A stretch of DNA of 64,000 nt from Macrostomum hystrix (GCA_950097015.1 CATNEN010000038.1:27280001-27344000); one strand, 5' to 3'; counted from the stretch's first letter, positions 39,301 to 52,300 are shown. A program made the numbers and translations. Notes: generated by a model not told the origin, from the letters alone.

Positions 39301-41712
39301 TGCATTAGATTCTTGATAAACTGCATTAGACTCTTGCTAAACTGCATTAGACTCTTGCTAAACTGCATTAGATTCTTGCTAAATTGCATTAGATTCTTGA
39401 TAAACTGCATTAGATTCTTGCTAAACTGCATTAGATTCTTGCTAAACTGTATTAGATTCTTACTAAACTGCATTAGATTCTTGCTAAACTGCATTAGATT
39501 CTTGCTAAACTGCATTAGATTCTTGCTAAACTGCACTAGATTCTTGCTAAACTGTATTAGATTCTTGCTAAACTGCATTAGATTCTTGCTAAACTGCACT
39601 AGATTCTTGCTAAACTGTATTAGATTCTTGCTAAACTGCATTAGATTCTTGCTAAACTACATTAGACTCTTGCTAAACTGCATTAGACTCTTGCTAAACT
39701 GCATTAGATTCTTGCTAAACTGCATTAGATTCTTGCTAAACTGCATTAGACTCTTGCTAAACTGCATTAGATTCTTGCTAAACTGCATTAGATTCTTGCT
39801 AAACTGTATTAGATTCTTGCTAAACTGCACTAGATTCTTGCTAAACCGCATTAGATTCTTGCTAAACTGCATTAGACTCTTGCTAAACTGCATTAGACTC
39901 TTGCTAAACTGCATTAGACTCTTGCTAAACTGCATTAGATTCTTGCTAAATTGCATTAGATTCTTGCTAAACTGCATTAGATTCTTGCTAAACTGTATTA
40001 GATTCTTGCTAAACTGCACTAGATTCTTGCTAAACCGCATTAGATTCTTGCTAAACTGCATTAGACTCTTGCTAAACTGCATTAGACTCTTGCTAAACTG
40101 CATTAGACTCTTGCTAAACTGCATTAGATTCTTGCTAAATTGCATTAGATTCTTGATAAACTGCATTAGATTCTTACTAAACTGCATTAGATTATTGCTA
40201 AACTGCATTAGATTCTTGCTAAACTGCACTAGATTCTTGCTAAACTGCATTAGACTCTTGCTAAACTGCATTAGACTCTTGCTAAACTGCATTAGATTCT
40301 TACTAAACTGCATTAGATTCTTGCTAAACTGAAGTAGATTCTGGCTGAACTGTGTTAGCTTTTTAGATTAAGATTATTGCCAATTACTAATTTTCTTATG
40401 AACAGGCACGATATGGTTCTTGCTAAGCTGCTCTGATCTGTTATCACTAAATAATGAAATCTGTGAAATGTTTGCTGCTAATCTGCAATGAGATCATATC
40501 CCAAAGCATCTAAATGCATGATAGATTAGATGTATCACGATTAGATTGTCATTGATTTGGTGTCATTGATTATTGTAAAGTTTCTATGCGACTACTTTTA
40601 AGAGATTCGAGTTTAGCAGTCGAATCTAGCAGCGGGAATTAGCAACATTAAAACTTAACATTTAGAAGCATTTTTGGACCGAAATATTATACCAACGATT
40701 CGCTTTTTAATTTTACTGTTTTATAACTAAGTTTGGTGTTTTACTTTTAACTTAATGAGATTTGAACCCTCGAAAATTCATAACGATGGCGTCCAGCTCC
40801 CCGGACGTGAACTAAATTTCAATCCATTGCTCGTCATTCTCAGCTGTCAATCTTCGTCACGCCTTTGTCCTGGTGCACATTAGCCGATTTCGACAGGTCA
40901 CTGGAGTATTCACCCTGCAAGCCGCCAGCGAGCAGTCATTGGTGAGGCGATGTGAATAAATAACAGTTTGGTTTGGGAACCAATCAGAACTAGACATTTT
41001 ACTGGCAACTAATAGGAGAGAAAATATAGGGAGCAACAAATCGCAGCGGCGTTTGGGGAACAGAATCAGAATCAGGTCGAGTAACAACCAATCAGAATAA
41101 AGCACTGTGCCTACTTCATAGTCGACAACCAATCAGAATAAAGCACTGTGCCTACTGCATAGTCGACAACCAATCAGAATAAAGTTCTATGCATAGTCAT
41201 CAACCAATCAGAATAATGCAGGTCTAGTAGACAGCCAATCCCAATAACGGAATACCTGATGCCGCCTAACACAAGCGCAGATCCTCTGGATAGATCGACT
41301 CCGGAATGCTCAGGAGCATTTTCAAGAGAACCTGAAGCTCAAACTGTCTTTGCTAACCGACCGAGACAGTCAGGGGCAGCACCAGCTGTGCACCAGCACA
41401 CACAGCAAGCTAATCAGCAAGATGCGACGACTCAAACAGGCCGACAGCTTGACGACCGCTGGCGCGGAAACTGGCGATACCACATCGAGGGAAGGCCAAA
41501 CTCAGAGGTCCGATAGTCAGTGTCCCGCCTGTCTACTCAACACTGCCGCGGCTACTGCGGCAGCTTCCAGCTTGGCTGTTGACAATTCCGGCAGTGGACT
41601 ATTAAGTCCGCTGCTGTCAGTCACTCCGCCGCCGCTGCCGCCGCTGCAACAGCAGCCGCAGTCCTGGCAACCGGAGATCCAACAACCTGCCAATGAAGAC
41701 AAGCGATATTGA
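18313..41712 (+). CDS. PLEKHG7: DH-PH Rho guanine nucleotide exchange factor, PLEKHG7-like, ~742 aa
   Basis: Exons 18313-18417, 21383-21544, 25006-25082, 25177-25337, 26019-26056, 26157-26264, 27123-27260, 28133-28228, 28548-28649, 29370-29489, 29565-29739, 30617-30826, 30908-30990, 33236-33359, 40844-40941, 41281-41712; all GT-AG and phase-compatible. DH motifs REAVWELFKSELTYL, LFGNIDEL, YHSYCLNY, DPRCNRLSLSDLLVAPMQ; PH motifs RKLIHEGYL, FLFDDLLLLTK, QPIALDR, WIDRLRNA. The N-terminal exons and the exact orthologue are less certain. Confidence 0.85.
19205..20940. repeat. 32-bp minisatellite (ctgtttcccatgtctatcctctctctattaca)
   Basis: About 54 units in RhoGEF intron 1. Confidence 0.97.
21635..22445. 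repeat. 11-bp pyrimidine-rich minisatellite (actgtctcctc / actctctcccc)
   Basis: RhoGEF intron 2. Confidence 0.95.
22950..24142. repeat. 16-bp purine-rich minisatellite (gagatgagacagggga)
   Basis: RhoGEF intron 2; same family at 26415-26885. Confidence 0.95.
24680..24992. repeat. (ACTC)n microsatellite abutting splice acceptor
   Basis: Ends ~13 nt before the AG at 25004-25005. Confidence 0.95.
25350..25838. repeat. 21-bp minisatellite (tctaacaggtgatattccata)
   Basis: About 23 units in RhoGEF intron 4. Confidence 0.96.
26415..26885. repeat. 16-bp purine-rich minisatellite (gagatgagacagggga)
   Basis: RhoGEF intron 6. Confidence 0.95.
27525..27992. repeat. 35-36-bp minisatellite (ctgattggtcgacaaaccccacttccagcccttat)
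   Basis: About 13 units in RhoGEF intron 7. Confidence 0.95.
28413..28512 (+). mobile_element. Degenerate fragment of second SINE family
   Basis: caaggtacagtgtacactgcctgacgatga..tgtacac..aatgggcaga..cctcctcgct matches 9140-9285. Confidence 0.7.
29760..30590. repeat. 20-bp minisatellite (tagatttggtgaatggattg)
   Basis: Occupies nearly all of intron 29740-30616. Confidence 0.97.
31020..33222. repeat. 27-bp minisatellite (ttgagtcgtcgattccctactctctct)
   Basis: About 80 units filling intron 30991-33235. Confidence 0.98.
33890..34345. repeat. Degenerate ~14-bp repeat (cgggatttcccttt)
   Basis: RhoGEF intron 14. Confidence 0.85.
34583..34740 (+). mobile_element. Fragment of second SINE family
   Basis: ccaaggcacagtgagagtgtacac..ctgacgaagagaaag..gcagatgtacac..tgtgctcaggagt..aatgggcagaa..tcgctggctgcg. 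Confidence 0.8.
35220..40332. repeat. 21-bp minisatellite (ttagattcttgctaaactgca), ~5.1 kb
   Basis: About 240 units in RhoGEF intron 14; source of the MQFSKNL / LLNCIRF pseudo-ORFs. Confidence 0.99.
41084..41240. repeat. ~41-bp tandem repeat (acaaccaatcagaataaagcactgtgcctac..atagtcg)
   Basis: 3-4 units in RhoGEF intron 15. Confidence 0.8.
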
Positions 41713-42534
41713 GAAGCGATAAATAATACTAGGAGCAGCGAAATTAGATTAAGTATTGCAAAAAGCTTAATAATAAAACAACAGTATCATTGTTCTTGCC
41801 GTTGTTCTTACGGTCACATGACTTTCGCATTCGCATGATAACTACTAGCAGTAGTTTTGTGCCTAGAAAAAATGTAAAAAACGTAGAATCGGAATCGAAA
41901 CAATGGTATGTACTCGTAATACGGATACAGGAAAAGTATCATTTTTTCTAAACAAAGCATGACCATTAAGAATGTGAATTTAACTGATCCGTTATGAGAA
42001 GCAAAAAGTGCAGTAAAATATTTCATTCCTCGCTACAATGTAATGACTGTACTTTTTAAATATCAAGTATCGTACAGTAAATTAGGGCAAGTCTAATATT
42101 ACGCTTTACATATTTTAAAACAAAAAGCATTCGGGCTTATTTTAAACAGGCAATTTGTTTTTTATCAACCCATGACGCAGTTAATCGTATAAAAAATGTT
42201 TAAAAATTAAATTATAAGACAATATTAATTGCTGGATTACTCATTTTATTGAATTAATTTATTGCACTGACAGCAATACATTAAACATTAACAGTAAAAA
42301 CATCTTAATTTTTTTAATGAAAAACTTTCAAGTACGTTAAGATTCTGTGACAAGTATACACATTTAATGACTTGATTAATTGAAGAGTTACTGATTTGCC
42401 TAACCAAAGTTAGAAGGAATCTTTTTACTGTAACGAATGTAAAGAAACCAGTCTTCAGATTCATATTCGCATTAAAGTTGTAAATTAGAGTAGGTGGCAG
42501 CAGAGAAGAGGGTAAACAGGCTGCACGTTTCCCA

Positions 42535-42766
42535 AATCCATGGTGGCGGCACCCCTTACCATCTAATCCATGGTGGTGGCACCCCTTACCATCTAATCCA
42601 TGGTGGTGACACCCCTTTCCATCTAATCCATGGTGGCGACACCCCTTACCATCTAATCCATGGTGGTGACACCCCTTACCATCTAATCCATGGTGGTGAC
42701 ACCCCTTTCCACCTAATTCATGGTAATGACACCCTTTTCACACTAATCCATGGTGGCGGCACCCCA
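42535..42766. repeat. 30-bp minisatellite (atctaatccatggtggtgacaccccttacc)
   Basis: About 8 units just past the glycosyltransferase stop codon, possibly within its 3' UTR. Confidence 0.93.
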
Positions 42767-42811
42767 TAATACACAATCTAAATAGATGAGTAGGTTAATC
42801 TTGTTTGAGCT

Positions 42812-45800
42812 TCATTTCTCTGTAGAAAAGAAATGAATTCTGTTGGCAAAATGTTTTGCAGCGTTGAATAGACGCGATTGCACCTTGTGCGCGTGAGGCT
42901 GATAGCCCAGGTGCTTGAACTGGTGAATAGCGATTGTCTTTGGCCCGATGTCTGCGTCTAATCGATAATTCCTGGCGTCCAGCTTCAGGCAGCCCTTCTC
43001 GTACTCGAATAGGCTGGCATTGTGCTTCAGCTTCTCTTTGGCCACTGTCAAAATGGACTGTTCTGTAATTTATATGGCGAAGTCGGATTTAGGATTAGGG
43101 AAGCCGGGATTGAGATTGGGGGAAGCCGGGATTGAGATTGGGGGAAGCCGGGATTGAGATTGGGGGAAGCCGGGATTGAGATTAGGGGAAGCCGGGATTG
43201 AGATTGGGGGAAGCCGGGATTGAGATTGGGGGAAGCCGGGATTGAGATTGGGGGAAACCCGGATTGAGATTGGGGGAAGCCGGGATTGAGATTGGGGGAA
43301 GCCGGGATTGAGATTGGGGGAAGCCGGGATTGAGATTGGGGGAAGCCGGGATTGAGATTGGGGGAAACCCGGATTGAGATTGGGGGAAGCCGGGATTGAG
43401 ATTGGGGGAAGCCGGGATTGAGATTGGGGGAAGCCGGGATTGAGATTGGGGGAAGCCGGGATTGAGATTGGGGGAAACCCGGATTGAGATTGGGGGAAGC
43501 CGGGATTGAGATTGGGGTAAATCCGGATTGAGATTGGGGGAAGCCGGGATTGAGATTGGGGGAAGCCGGGATTGAGATTGGGGGAAACCCGGATTGAGAT
43601 TGGGGGAAGCCGGGATTGAGATTGGGGGAATTTAGGATTGACATTGGGGGAAAGTTGGGATTGAGATTGGGGAGGAAAGCTAGGATTGAGATTGGGGAGG
43701 AAAGTTAGGATTGAGATTGGGGAGGAAAGTTAGGATTGAGATTGGGGAGGAAAGTTAGGATTGACATTGGGGGAAAGTTGGGATTGAGATTGGGGGAGAA
43801 AGTTGGGATTGAGATTGGGGAGGAAAGTTAGGATTGAGATTGGGGGGGAAAGTTGGGATTGAGATTGGGAGAAAGTTGGAATTGAGATTGGGGAGAAAGT
43901 TGGGATTTAGATTAGAGGAATATGGGATTAATATTGGGGTGGTGAAAACAGATGAAGAAGTTGAAATTTATATTGGTGGAAGGTACTAGTGGGATTGGGG
44001 TATTGTAAAGGCCTGATATTTAGATTAAGGAATTACAATTTATGATAATAAGTTAGGACTAATAAACAGAATTGTGGTTAGAAATTTAAAAGCTCGTCAT
44101 TAAAGCATTCCCGTAAGTCCCTGCTTCGCAATCTTATATTAGTTATAATGGTCTCACTTTTGCCTTTGGGAACGTGAGTACATCGTGTGCGATAGTTCTG
44201 TACGTAGTCCAGTAGAGGCGACATCACATAGTCAGGCAGCAGTTCAACTGGGTACAGTCCGCCTTTCTGCCCCTCCTTCCAGTAGGCCTTCAAAGCTCTG
44301 GTTAGCAGCTCGGGTCCAGTAGAGAACACCGGACTGCCAAACCTTTTCACTTTGAGCAGTTCAGCGATGGTTCGATTGAAGAACGGATGACCCGGTACGG
44401 CGCCCATGCCCGAGTTCATTGCTGTGAAGTCGCGATTCCATAGTATCTGCGTCTGCATCACACTTTCCTGGTCGACAAAGGCTGAGTACTTTGTCAAAGC
44501 TGGATGAAATGGTACTCTACACTCTACGTCCATGTCGATGTATATTCCTGGAGGTGGCGTTTTCACTTTTAGTTTCACTAATTGTGAGTAAGGTCACGAT
44601 AGTTTGAGTCACTGTGAGTTGAGTCAATTTTGAGTCATGGTGAGTAGAGTTGCGATAGTTTATGTCATCGTGAGATGAGTCAGGTAAGTTTAAGTCATTG
44701 TGATATATTTCACGATGGTTTGAGTCGTATTGAGTAGAGTCGTTAGTAATCGGCTCAAATCTTTCTGAGCCTTCTCAAACTGTGTACAGTACTCACCTCC
44801 GAACTTGTGTAGCACAAGGTACCGAGCTACGTCGGATTTCTCGAGTTTGTGTCTGAATTTCTTAAACACTTCGGTCAGATGGGGATAATGCCGCTTAACC
44901 AACAAATCGATATCCTGATCAGTCCATAGGTAATATTTCCAGTCTGGGTTTAGTTTCAGACAGCCCTCAATGTAGCCCTTGTAGGAGTTGAACACCTGTG
45001 CTGTGGCGAATGTTTGGTGCAGAATCTTCGGGATCAGTTGTTGAATGGGCTGCTCAGTTGCCGCTGTTGGCGAGCTGGTGACGCAATTCATTTCAACATC
45101 ACAGTCGGTTGTTAAATCTGGTAGTTTATCATTGAAACTGTGGCCTGTGCCGAGTATGAATATACGAATGACTAGCGACACTCTGCTCAATACGCGACCG
45201 CTAGTTTCGGAGCTGAGTGCTATCAGGGATATTATGCCCTGCGGATGAGTAGGGGTGAGTATAGTATGCAAGTCTGCCTGTGTATGGCACGCTAAATTCC
45301 TTTTATGAACTTTTATGACATTGCCAAAAGAGAGGCAGAATAGAAGCAGAAAATACGTAAGGATCATTGTAGAGGGAGCGGAGAAATGAAGGAATTTTGA
45401 TCAAAAGAGATGGCTAAATAAAATTATAGGGAAGATAATTGAGAAGGGTTAGGGATTAGATGAGAGTGTAAAAGATTATATGAGAGTGAAAGAGATTAGA
45501 TGAGAGTGTGAGAGATTAGATGAGAGTGGGAGAGATTAGATGAGAGTGTGAGAGATTATATGAGAGTGTGAGAGATCAGATGAGAGTGAGAGAGATTAGA
45601 TGAGAGTGTGAGAGATTAGATAAGAGTGAGAGACATTAGATGAGAGTGTGAGAGATTAGATAAGAGTGTGAGAGATTATATGAGAGTGTGAGAGATCAGA
45701 TGAGAGTGAGAGAGATTAGATGAGAGTGAGAGAGATTAGATGAGAGTGTGAGAGATTAGATAAGAGTGTGAGAGATTAGATAAGAGTGTGAGAGATTATA

Positions 45801-48618
45801 TGAGAGTGTGAGAGATCAGATGAGAGTGAGAGAGATTAGATGAGAGTGAGAGAGATTAGATGAGAGTGTGAGAGATTAGATAAGAGTGTGAGAGATTATA
45901 TGAGAGTGTGAGAGATCAGATGAGAGTGAGAGAGATTAGATGAGAGTGAGAGAGATTAGACGAGATTGAGAGACATTAGATGAGAGTGAGAGACATTAGA
46001 TGAGAGTGTGAGAGATTAGATAAGAGTGTGAGAGATTAGATGAGAGTGAGAGAATTTAGATGAGAGTGAGAGAGATTAGATGAGAGTGTGACAGATTAGA
46101 TGAGAGTGAGAGACATTAGATGAGAGTGTGAGAGATTAGATAAGAGTGTGAGAGATTATATGAGAGTGTGAGAGATCAGATGAGAGTGAGAGAGATTAGA
46201 TGAGAGTGAGAGAGATTAGATGAGAGTGAGAGACATTAGATGAGAGTGAGAGAGATGAGATGAGAGTGTGAGAGATTATATGAGAGTGTGAGAGATCAGA
46301 TGAGAGTGAGAGAGATTAGATGAGAGTGAGAGAGATTAGATGAGAGTGAGAGAGATTAGATGAGAGTGTGAGAGATTAGATGAGAGTGAGAGAGATTAGA
46401 TGAGAGTGTGAGAGATTAGATGAGAGTGAGAGAGATTAGATGAGAGTGAGAGAGATTAGATGAGAGTGAGAGAGATTAGATGAGAGTGTGAGAGATCAGA
46501 TGAGAGTGAGAGAGATTAGATGAGAGTGAGAGAGATTAGATGAGAGTGTGAGACATTAGATGAGAGTGAGAGAGATCAGATGAGAGTGTGAGAGATTATA
46601 TGAGAGTGTGAGAGATCAGATGAGAGTGAGAGAGATTAGATGAGAGTGAGAGAGATTAGATGAGAGTGAGAGAGATCAGATGAGAGTGTGAGAGATTATA
46701 TGAGAGTGTGAGAGATCAGATGAGAGTGAGAGAGATTAGATGAGAGTGAGAGAGATTAGATGAGAGTGAGAGAGATCAGATGAGAGTGAGAGAGATTAGA
46801 TGAGAGTGAGAGAGATTAGATGAGAGTGAGAGAAATTAGATGAGAGTGTGAGAGATAAGATGAGAGTGTGAGAGATTAGATGAGAGTGAGAGAAATGAGA
46901 TGAGAGTGTGAGAGATTATATAAGAGTGAGAGAAATTAGATGAGAGTGGGAGAGATTAGATGAGAGTGAGACAGATTAGATGAGAGTGTGAGAGATCAGA
47001 TGAGAGTGAGAGAGATTAGATGAGAGTGAGAGAGATTAGATGAGAGTGAGAGAGATGAGATGAGAGTGTGAGAGATTAGATGAGAGTGAGAGAAATGAGA
47101 TGAGAGTGAGAGAGATTAGATGAGAGTGTGAGAGATTATATAAGAGTGAGAGAAATTAGATGAGAGTGAGAGAGATTAGATGAGAGTGTGAGAGATTATA
47201 TGAGAGTGTGAGAGATCAGATGAGAGTGAGAGGGATTAGATGAGAGTGAGAGAGATTAGATGAGAGTGAGAGAGATCAGATGAGAGTGTGAGAGATTATA
47301 TGAGAGTGTGAGAGATCAGATGAGAGTGAGAGAGATTAGATGAGAGTGAGAGAGATTAGATGAGAGTGAGAGAGATTAGATGAGAGTGAGAGAGATGAGA
47401 TGAGAGTGAGAGAAATGAGATGAGAGTGTGAGAGATTATATAAGAGTGAGAGAGATTAGATGAGAGTGAGAGAGATGAGATGAGAGTGAGAGAAATGAGA
47501 TGAGAGTGTGAGAGATTATATAAGAGTGAGAGAAATTAGATGAGAGTGGGAGAGATTAGATGAGAGTGAGAGAGATTAGATGAGAGTGACAGAGTTTAGA
47601 TGAGAGTGAGAGAGATTAGATGAGAGTGTGAGAGATTAGATGAGAGTGAGAGAAATTAGATGAGAGTGAGAGAGATTAGATGAGAGTGAGAGAGATTTGA
47701 TGAGAGTGAGAGAGATTAGATGAGAGTGAGAGAGTTTATATGAGAGTGAGAGAGATTAGATGAGAGTGAGAGAGTTTAGATGAGAGTGAGAGAGATTAGA
47801 TGAGAGTGACAGAGTTTAGATGAGAGTGAGAGAGATCAGATGAGAGTGAGAGAGATTAGATGAGAGTGTGAGAGATTAGATGAGAGTGAGAGAAATTAGA
47901 TGAGAGTGTGAGAGATTAGATGAGAGTGAGAGAAATTAGATGAGAGTGGGAGAGATCAGATGAGAGTGAGAGAGATTAGATGAGAGTGAGAGAGATTAGA
48001 TGAGAGTGAGAGAGATGAGATGAGAGTGTGAGAGATTAGATGAGAGTGAGAGAATTTAGATGAGAGTGAGAGAGATTAGATGAGAGTGAGAGAGATTAGA
48101 TGAGAGTGAGAGAGATTAGATGAGAGTGAGAGAGTTTAGATGAGAGTGAGAGAGTTTAGATGAGAGTGAGAGAGATTAGATGAGAGTGAGAGAGATTAGA
48201 TGAGAGTGAGAGAGTTTAGATGAGAGTGAGAGAGATTAGATGAGAGTGAGAGAGATTAGATGAGAGTGAGAGAGATTAGATGAGAGTGTGAGAGATTAGA
48301 TGAGAGTGAGAGAAATTAGATGAGAGTGAGAGAGATTAGATGAGAGTGAGAGAGATTTGATGAGAGTGAGAGAGATTAGATGAGAGTGAGAGAATTTAGA
48401 TGAGAGTGAGGGAGATCGGTCACAGAGCTTATCTCCTCCATCGGTTTCACAGTTAATCCCCTACATAGGCCATAAACTATTTGCCATCTATCGCACATAG
48501 AATATTGCATACCACGTATCGGTCATCAAGTGTTTGGCCCTCATAAACTTGTAGCTCACAGGTAACTTACAGCCACAAAGCAGATCAGTAGCAGTTGCCG
48601 AATCCTGCATGACCTCAT
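42812..48618 (-). CDS. GT32-type (Gly_transf_sug, DXD) glycosyltransferase, type II membrane protein, ~370 aa
   Basis: Exons 48618-48571 (tentative), 45238-44797, 44547-44158, 43044-42812. Motifs IPKILHQT, LNPDWKYYLWTDQD, EKSDVARYLVLHKFGGIYIDMDVEC, PGHPFF, STGPELLT. The exon 1-2 join creates a signal anchor LLLICFVAGIISLIAL. Confidence 0.87.
43085..43915. repeat. 22-bp G-rich minisatellite (tgagattgggggaagccgggat) grading into a 23-bp variant
   Basis: Glycosyltransferase intron 3. Confidence 0.96.
45453..48415. repeat. 20-bp purine-rich minisatellite (tgagagtgagagagattaga)
   Basis: About 148 units in register, in the inferred glycosyltransferase intron 1. Confidence 0.98.
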
Positions 48619-49331
48619 GCCAGCGATGCAATCTCTCGCAGGAGTGTCGCTGTCCTTCAGTAATTGCTACCGTTTTTACTACTCCTGCGTTTAACCTTCA
48701 ACGCCTGGGACTAGAAATTCAGAATAAATATAGGCTTTAACAGCGACTGTACAAGCGACTGAAGCTAAGGCTGATGAAAATTCAACTGTGCAGTTAAGCA
48801 AAGAGGAAGAGAGTGTGACTGAGCTAGGGTGGTTTGTGATGAAGGAGGGGAGTGAGGCAGTGAGGCAGAACTCTGGATTGGTTCTGAGAGAAATGTATAT
48901 ACAACCTGCAACCAATGCAGCTGTGTGTGTGGAAAAAGCTATTGAAAAACCTTTGTTACTATGCATGTATACAGACAATCAGCTGTACACATATTATCAG
49001 ATGTGTGTACATCAGAGAAATCGCGAATGACAATCTAACTTTCTAACAATCATAGACATGATACTAGAATTGTAAACACAGCAAGATTATCTAGATGTAG
49101 ACGAAAAACGAATCAACGGAAGATAATTTTATTTACGACAATTTTTATTATCGGTATTGAAGTTATTTCACAAAGCCCGTGTAAGTATTAACACAGAAAA
49201 CTGTTGCTTCAAGCGGAAAATACTGATATAGTTCGATCTATTGAAGATTATTAACTAAAAGTAGACAATCAGATCTATTAAATACAATTAAAATAACTTT
49301 TTTATTCATATACATTAGCTATTTAAGGCGA

Positions 49332-52300
49332 AAGGCTTGTGTTAATCTAGTAGCTAATGAAGCTAAGGCTTGTGTTAATCTAGTAGCTAATGAAGCTAAG
49401 GCTGGTATTAATCTAGTAGCTAATGAAGCTAAGGCTGGTATTAATCTAGTAGCTAATGAAGCTAAGGCTGGTATTAATCTAGTAGCTAATGAAGCTAAGG
49501 CTGGTATTAATCTAGTAGCTAATGAAGCTAAGGCTTGTGTTAATCTAGTAGCTAATGAAGCTAAGGCTTGTGTTAATCTAGTAGCTAATGAAGCTAAGGC
49601 TGGTATTAATCTAGTAGCTAATGAAGCTAAGGCTGGTATTAATCTAGTAGCTAATGAAGCTAAGGCTGGTATTAATCTAGTAGCTAATGAAGCTAAGGCT
49701 TGTGTTAATCTAGTAGCTAATGAAGCTAAGGCTTGTGTTAATCTAGTAGCTAATGAAGCTAAGGCTTGTGTTAATCTAGTAGCTAATGAAGCTAAGGCTT
49801 GTGTTAATCTAGTAGCTAATGAAGCTAAGGCTGGTATTAATCTAGTAGCTAATGAAGCTAAGGCTTGTGTTAATCTAGTAGCTAATGAAGCTAAGGCTTG
49901 TGTTAATCTAGTAGCTAATGAAGCTAAGGCTGGTATTAATCTAGTAGCTAATGAAGCTAAGGCTTGTGTTAATCTAGTAGCTAATGAAGCTAAGGCTTGT
50001 GTTAATCTAGTAGCTAATGAAGCTAAGGCTTGTGTTAATCTAGTAGCTAATGAAGCTAAGGCTGGTATTAATCTAGTAGCTAATGAAGCTAAGGCTGGTA
50101 TTAATCTAGTAGCTAATGAAGCTAAGGCTGGTATTAATCCAGTAGCTAATGAAGCTAAGGCTGGTATTAATCTAGTAGCTAATGAAGCTAAGGCTTGTGT
50201 TAATCTAGTAGCTAATGAAGCTAAGGCTTGTGTTAATCTAGTAGCTAATGAAGCTAAGGCTGGTATTAATCCAGTAGCTAATGAAGCTAAGGCTTGTGTT
50301 AATCTAGTAGCTAATGAAGCTAAGGCTTGTGTTAATCTAGTAGCTAATGAAGCTAAGGCTGGTATTTATCTAGTAGCTAATGAAGCTAAGGCTGGTATTA
50401 ATCTAGTAGCTAATGAAGCTAAGGCTGGTATTAATCCAGTAGCTAATGAAGCTAAGGCTGGTATTAATCCAGTAGCTAATGAAGCTAAGGCTGGTATTAA
50501 TCTAGTAGCTAATGAAGCTAAGGCTTGTGTTAATCTAGTAGCTAATGAAGCTAAGGCTTGTGTTAATCTAGTAGCTAATGAAGCTAAGGCTTGTGTTAAT
50601 CTAGTAGCTAATGAAGCTAAGGCTGGTATTAATCCAGTAGCTAATGAAGCTAAGGCTGGTATTAATCCAGTAGCTAATGAAGCTAAGGCTGGTATTAATC
50701 TAGTAGCTAATGAAGCTAAGGCTTGTGTTAATCTAGTAGCTAATGAAGCTAAGGCTGGTATTAATCTAGTAGCTAATGAAGCTAAGGCTGGTATTAATCT
50801 AGTAGCTAATGAAGCTAAGGCTGGTATTAATCCAGTAGCTAATGAAGCTAAGGCTGGTATTAATCCAGTAGCTAATGAAGCTAAGGCTTGTGTTAATCTA
50901 GTAGCTAATGAAGCTAAGGCTTGTGTTAATCTAGTAGCTAATGAAGCTAAGGCTTGTGTTAATCTAGTAGCTAATGAAGCTAAGGCTTGTGTTAATCTAG
51001 TAGCTAATGAAGCTAAGGCTTGTGTTAATCTAGTAGCTAATGAAGCTAAGGCTGGTATTAATCTAGTAGCTAATGAAGCTAAGGCTGGTATTAATCTAGT
51101 AGCTAATGAAGCTAAGGCTGGTATTAATCCAGTAGCTAATGAAGCTAAGGCAGGTATTAATCTAGTAGCTAATGAAGCTAAGGCTTGTGTTAATCTAGTA
51201 GCTAATGAAGCTAAGGCTTGTGTTAATCTAGTAGCTAATGAAGCTAAGGCTTGTGTTAATCTAGTAGCTAATGAAGCTAAGGCTGGTATTAATCTAGTAG
51301 CTAATGAAGCTAAGGCTGGTATTAATCTAGTAGCTAATGAAGCTAAGGCTGGTATTAATCTAGTAGCTAATGAAGCTAAGGCTTGTGTTAATCTAGTAGC
51401 TAATGAAGCTAAGGCTGGTATTAATCTAGTAGCTAATGAAGCTAAGGCTGGTATTAATCTAGTAGCTAATGAAGCTAAGGCTTGTGTTAATCTAGTAGCT
51501 AATGAAGCTAAGGCTGGTATTAATCTAGTAGCTAATGAAGCTAAGGCTGGTATTAATCCAGTAGCTAATGAAGCTAAGGCTGGTATTAATCCAGTAGCTA
51601 ATGAAGCTAAGGCTGGTATTAATCTAGTAGCTAATGAAGCTAAGGCTTGTGTTAATCTAGTAGCTAATGAAGCTAAGGCTGGTATTAATCTAGTAGCTAA
51701 TGAAGCTAAGGCTGGTATTAATCTAGTAGCTAATGAAGCTAAGGCTGGTATTAATCCAGTAGCTAATGAAGCTAAGGCTGGTATTAATCCAGTAGCTAAT
51801 GAAGCTAAGGCTTGTGTTAATCTAGTAGCTAATGAAGCTAAGGCTTGTGTTAATCTAGTAGCTAATGAAGCTAAGGCTTGTGTTAATCTAGTAGCTAATG
51901 AAGCTAAGGCTTGTGTTAATCTAGTAGCTAATGAAGCTAAGGCTGGTATTAATCTAGTAGCTAATGAAGCTAAGGCTGGTATTAATCTAGTAGCTAATGA
52001 AGCTAAGGCTGGTATTAATCCAGTAGCTTATGAAGCTAAGGCAGGTATTAATCTAGTAGCTAATGAAGCTAAGGCTTGTGTTAATCTAGTAGCTAATGAA
52101 GCTAAGGCTTGTGTTAATCTAGTAGCTAATGAAGCTAAGGCTTGTGTTAATCTAGTAGCTAATGAAGCTAAGGCTGGTATTAATCTAGTAGCTAATGAAG
52201 CTAAGGCTGGTATTAATCTAGTAGCTAATGAAGCTAAGGCTGGTATTAATCTAGTAGCTAATGAAGCTAAGGCTTGTGTTAATCTAGTAGCTAATGAAGC

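Noticed and set aside
13379-40332. Very long ORFs (450-940 aa) such as CVCTLVSQ.., INLHCLHL.., RRFPTLSLS.., MQFSKNL..
   Set aside because: Translations of stop-free minisatellite units, open in several frames or on both strands, mostly inside introns.
45239-45367. Alternative glycosyltransferase start MILTYFLLLFCLSF
   Set aside because: Possible, but the acceptor at 45239 plus exon 48618-48571 gives a more typical type II anchor; unresolved without RNA data.
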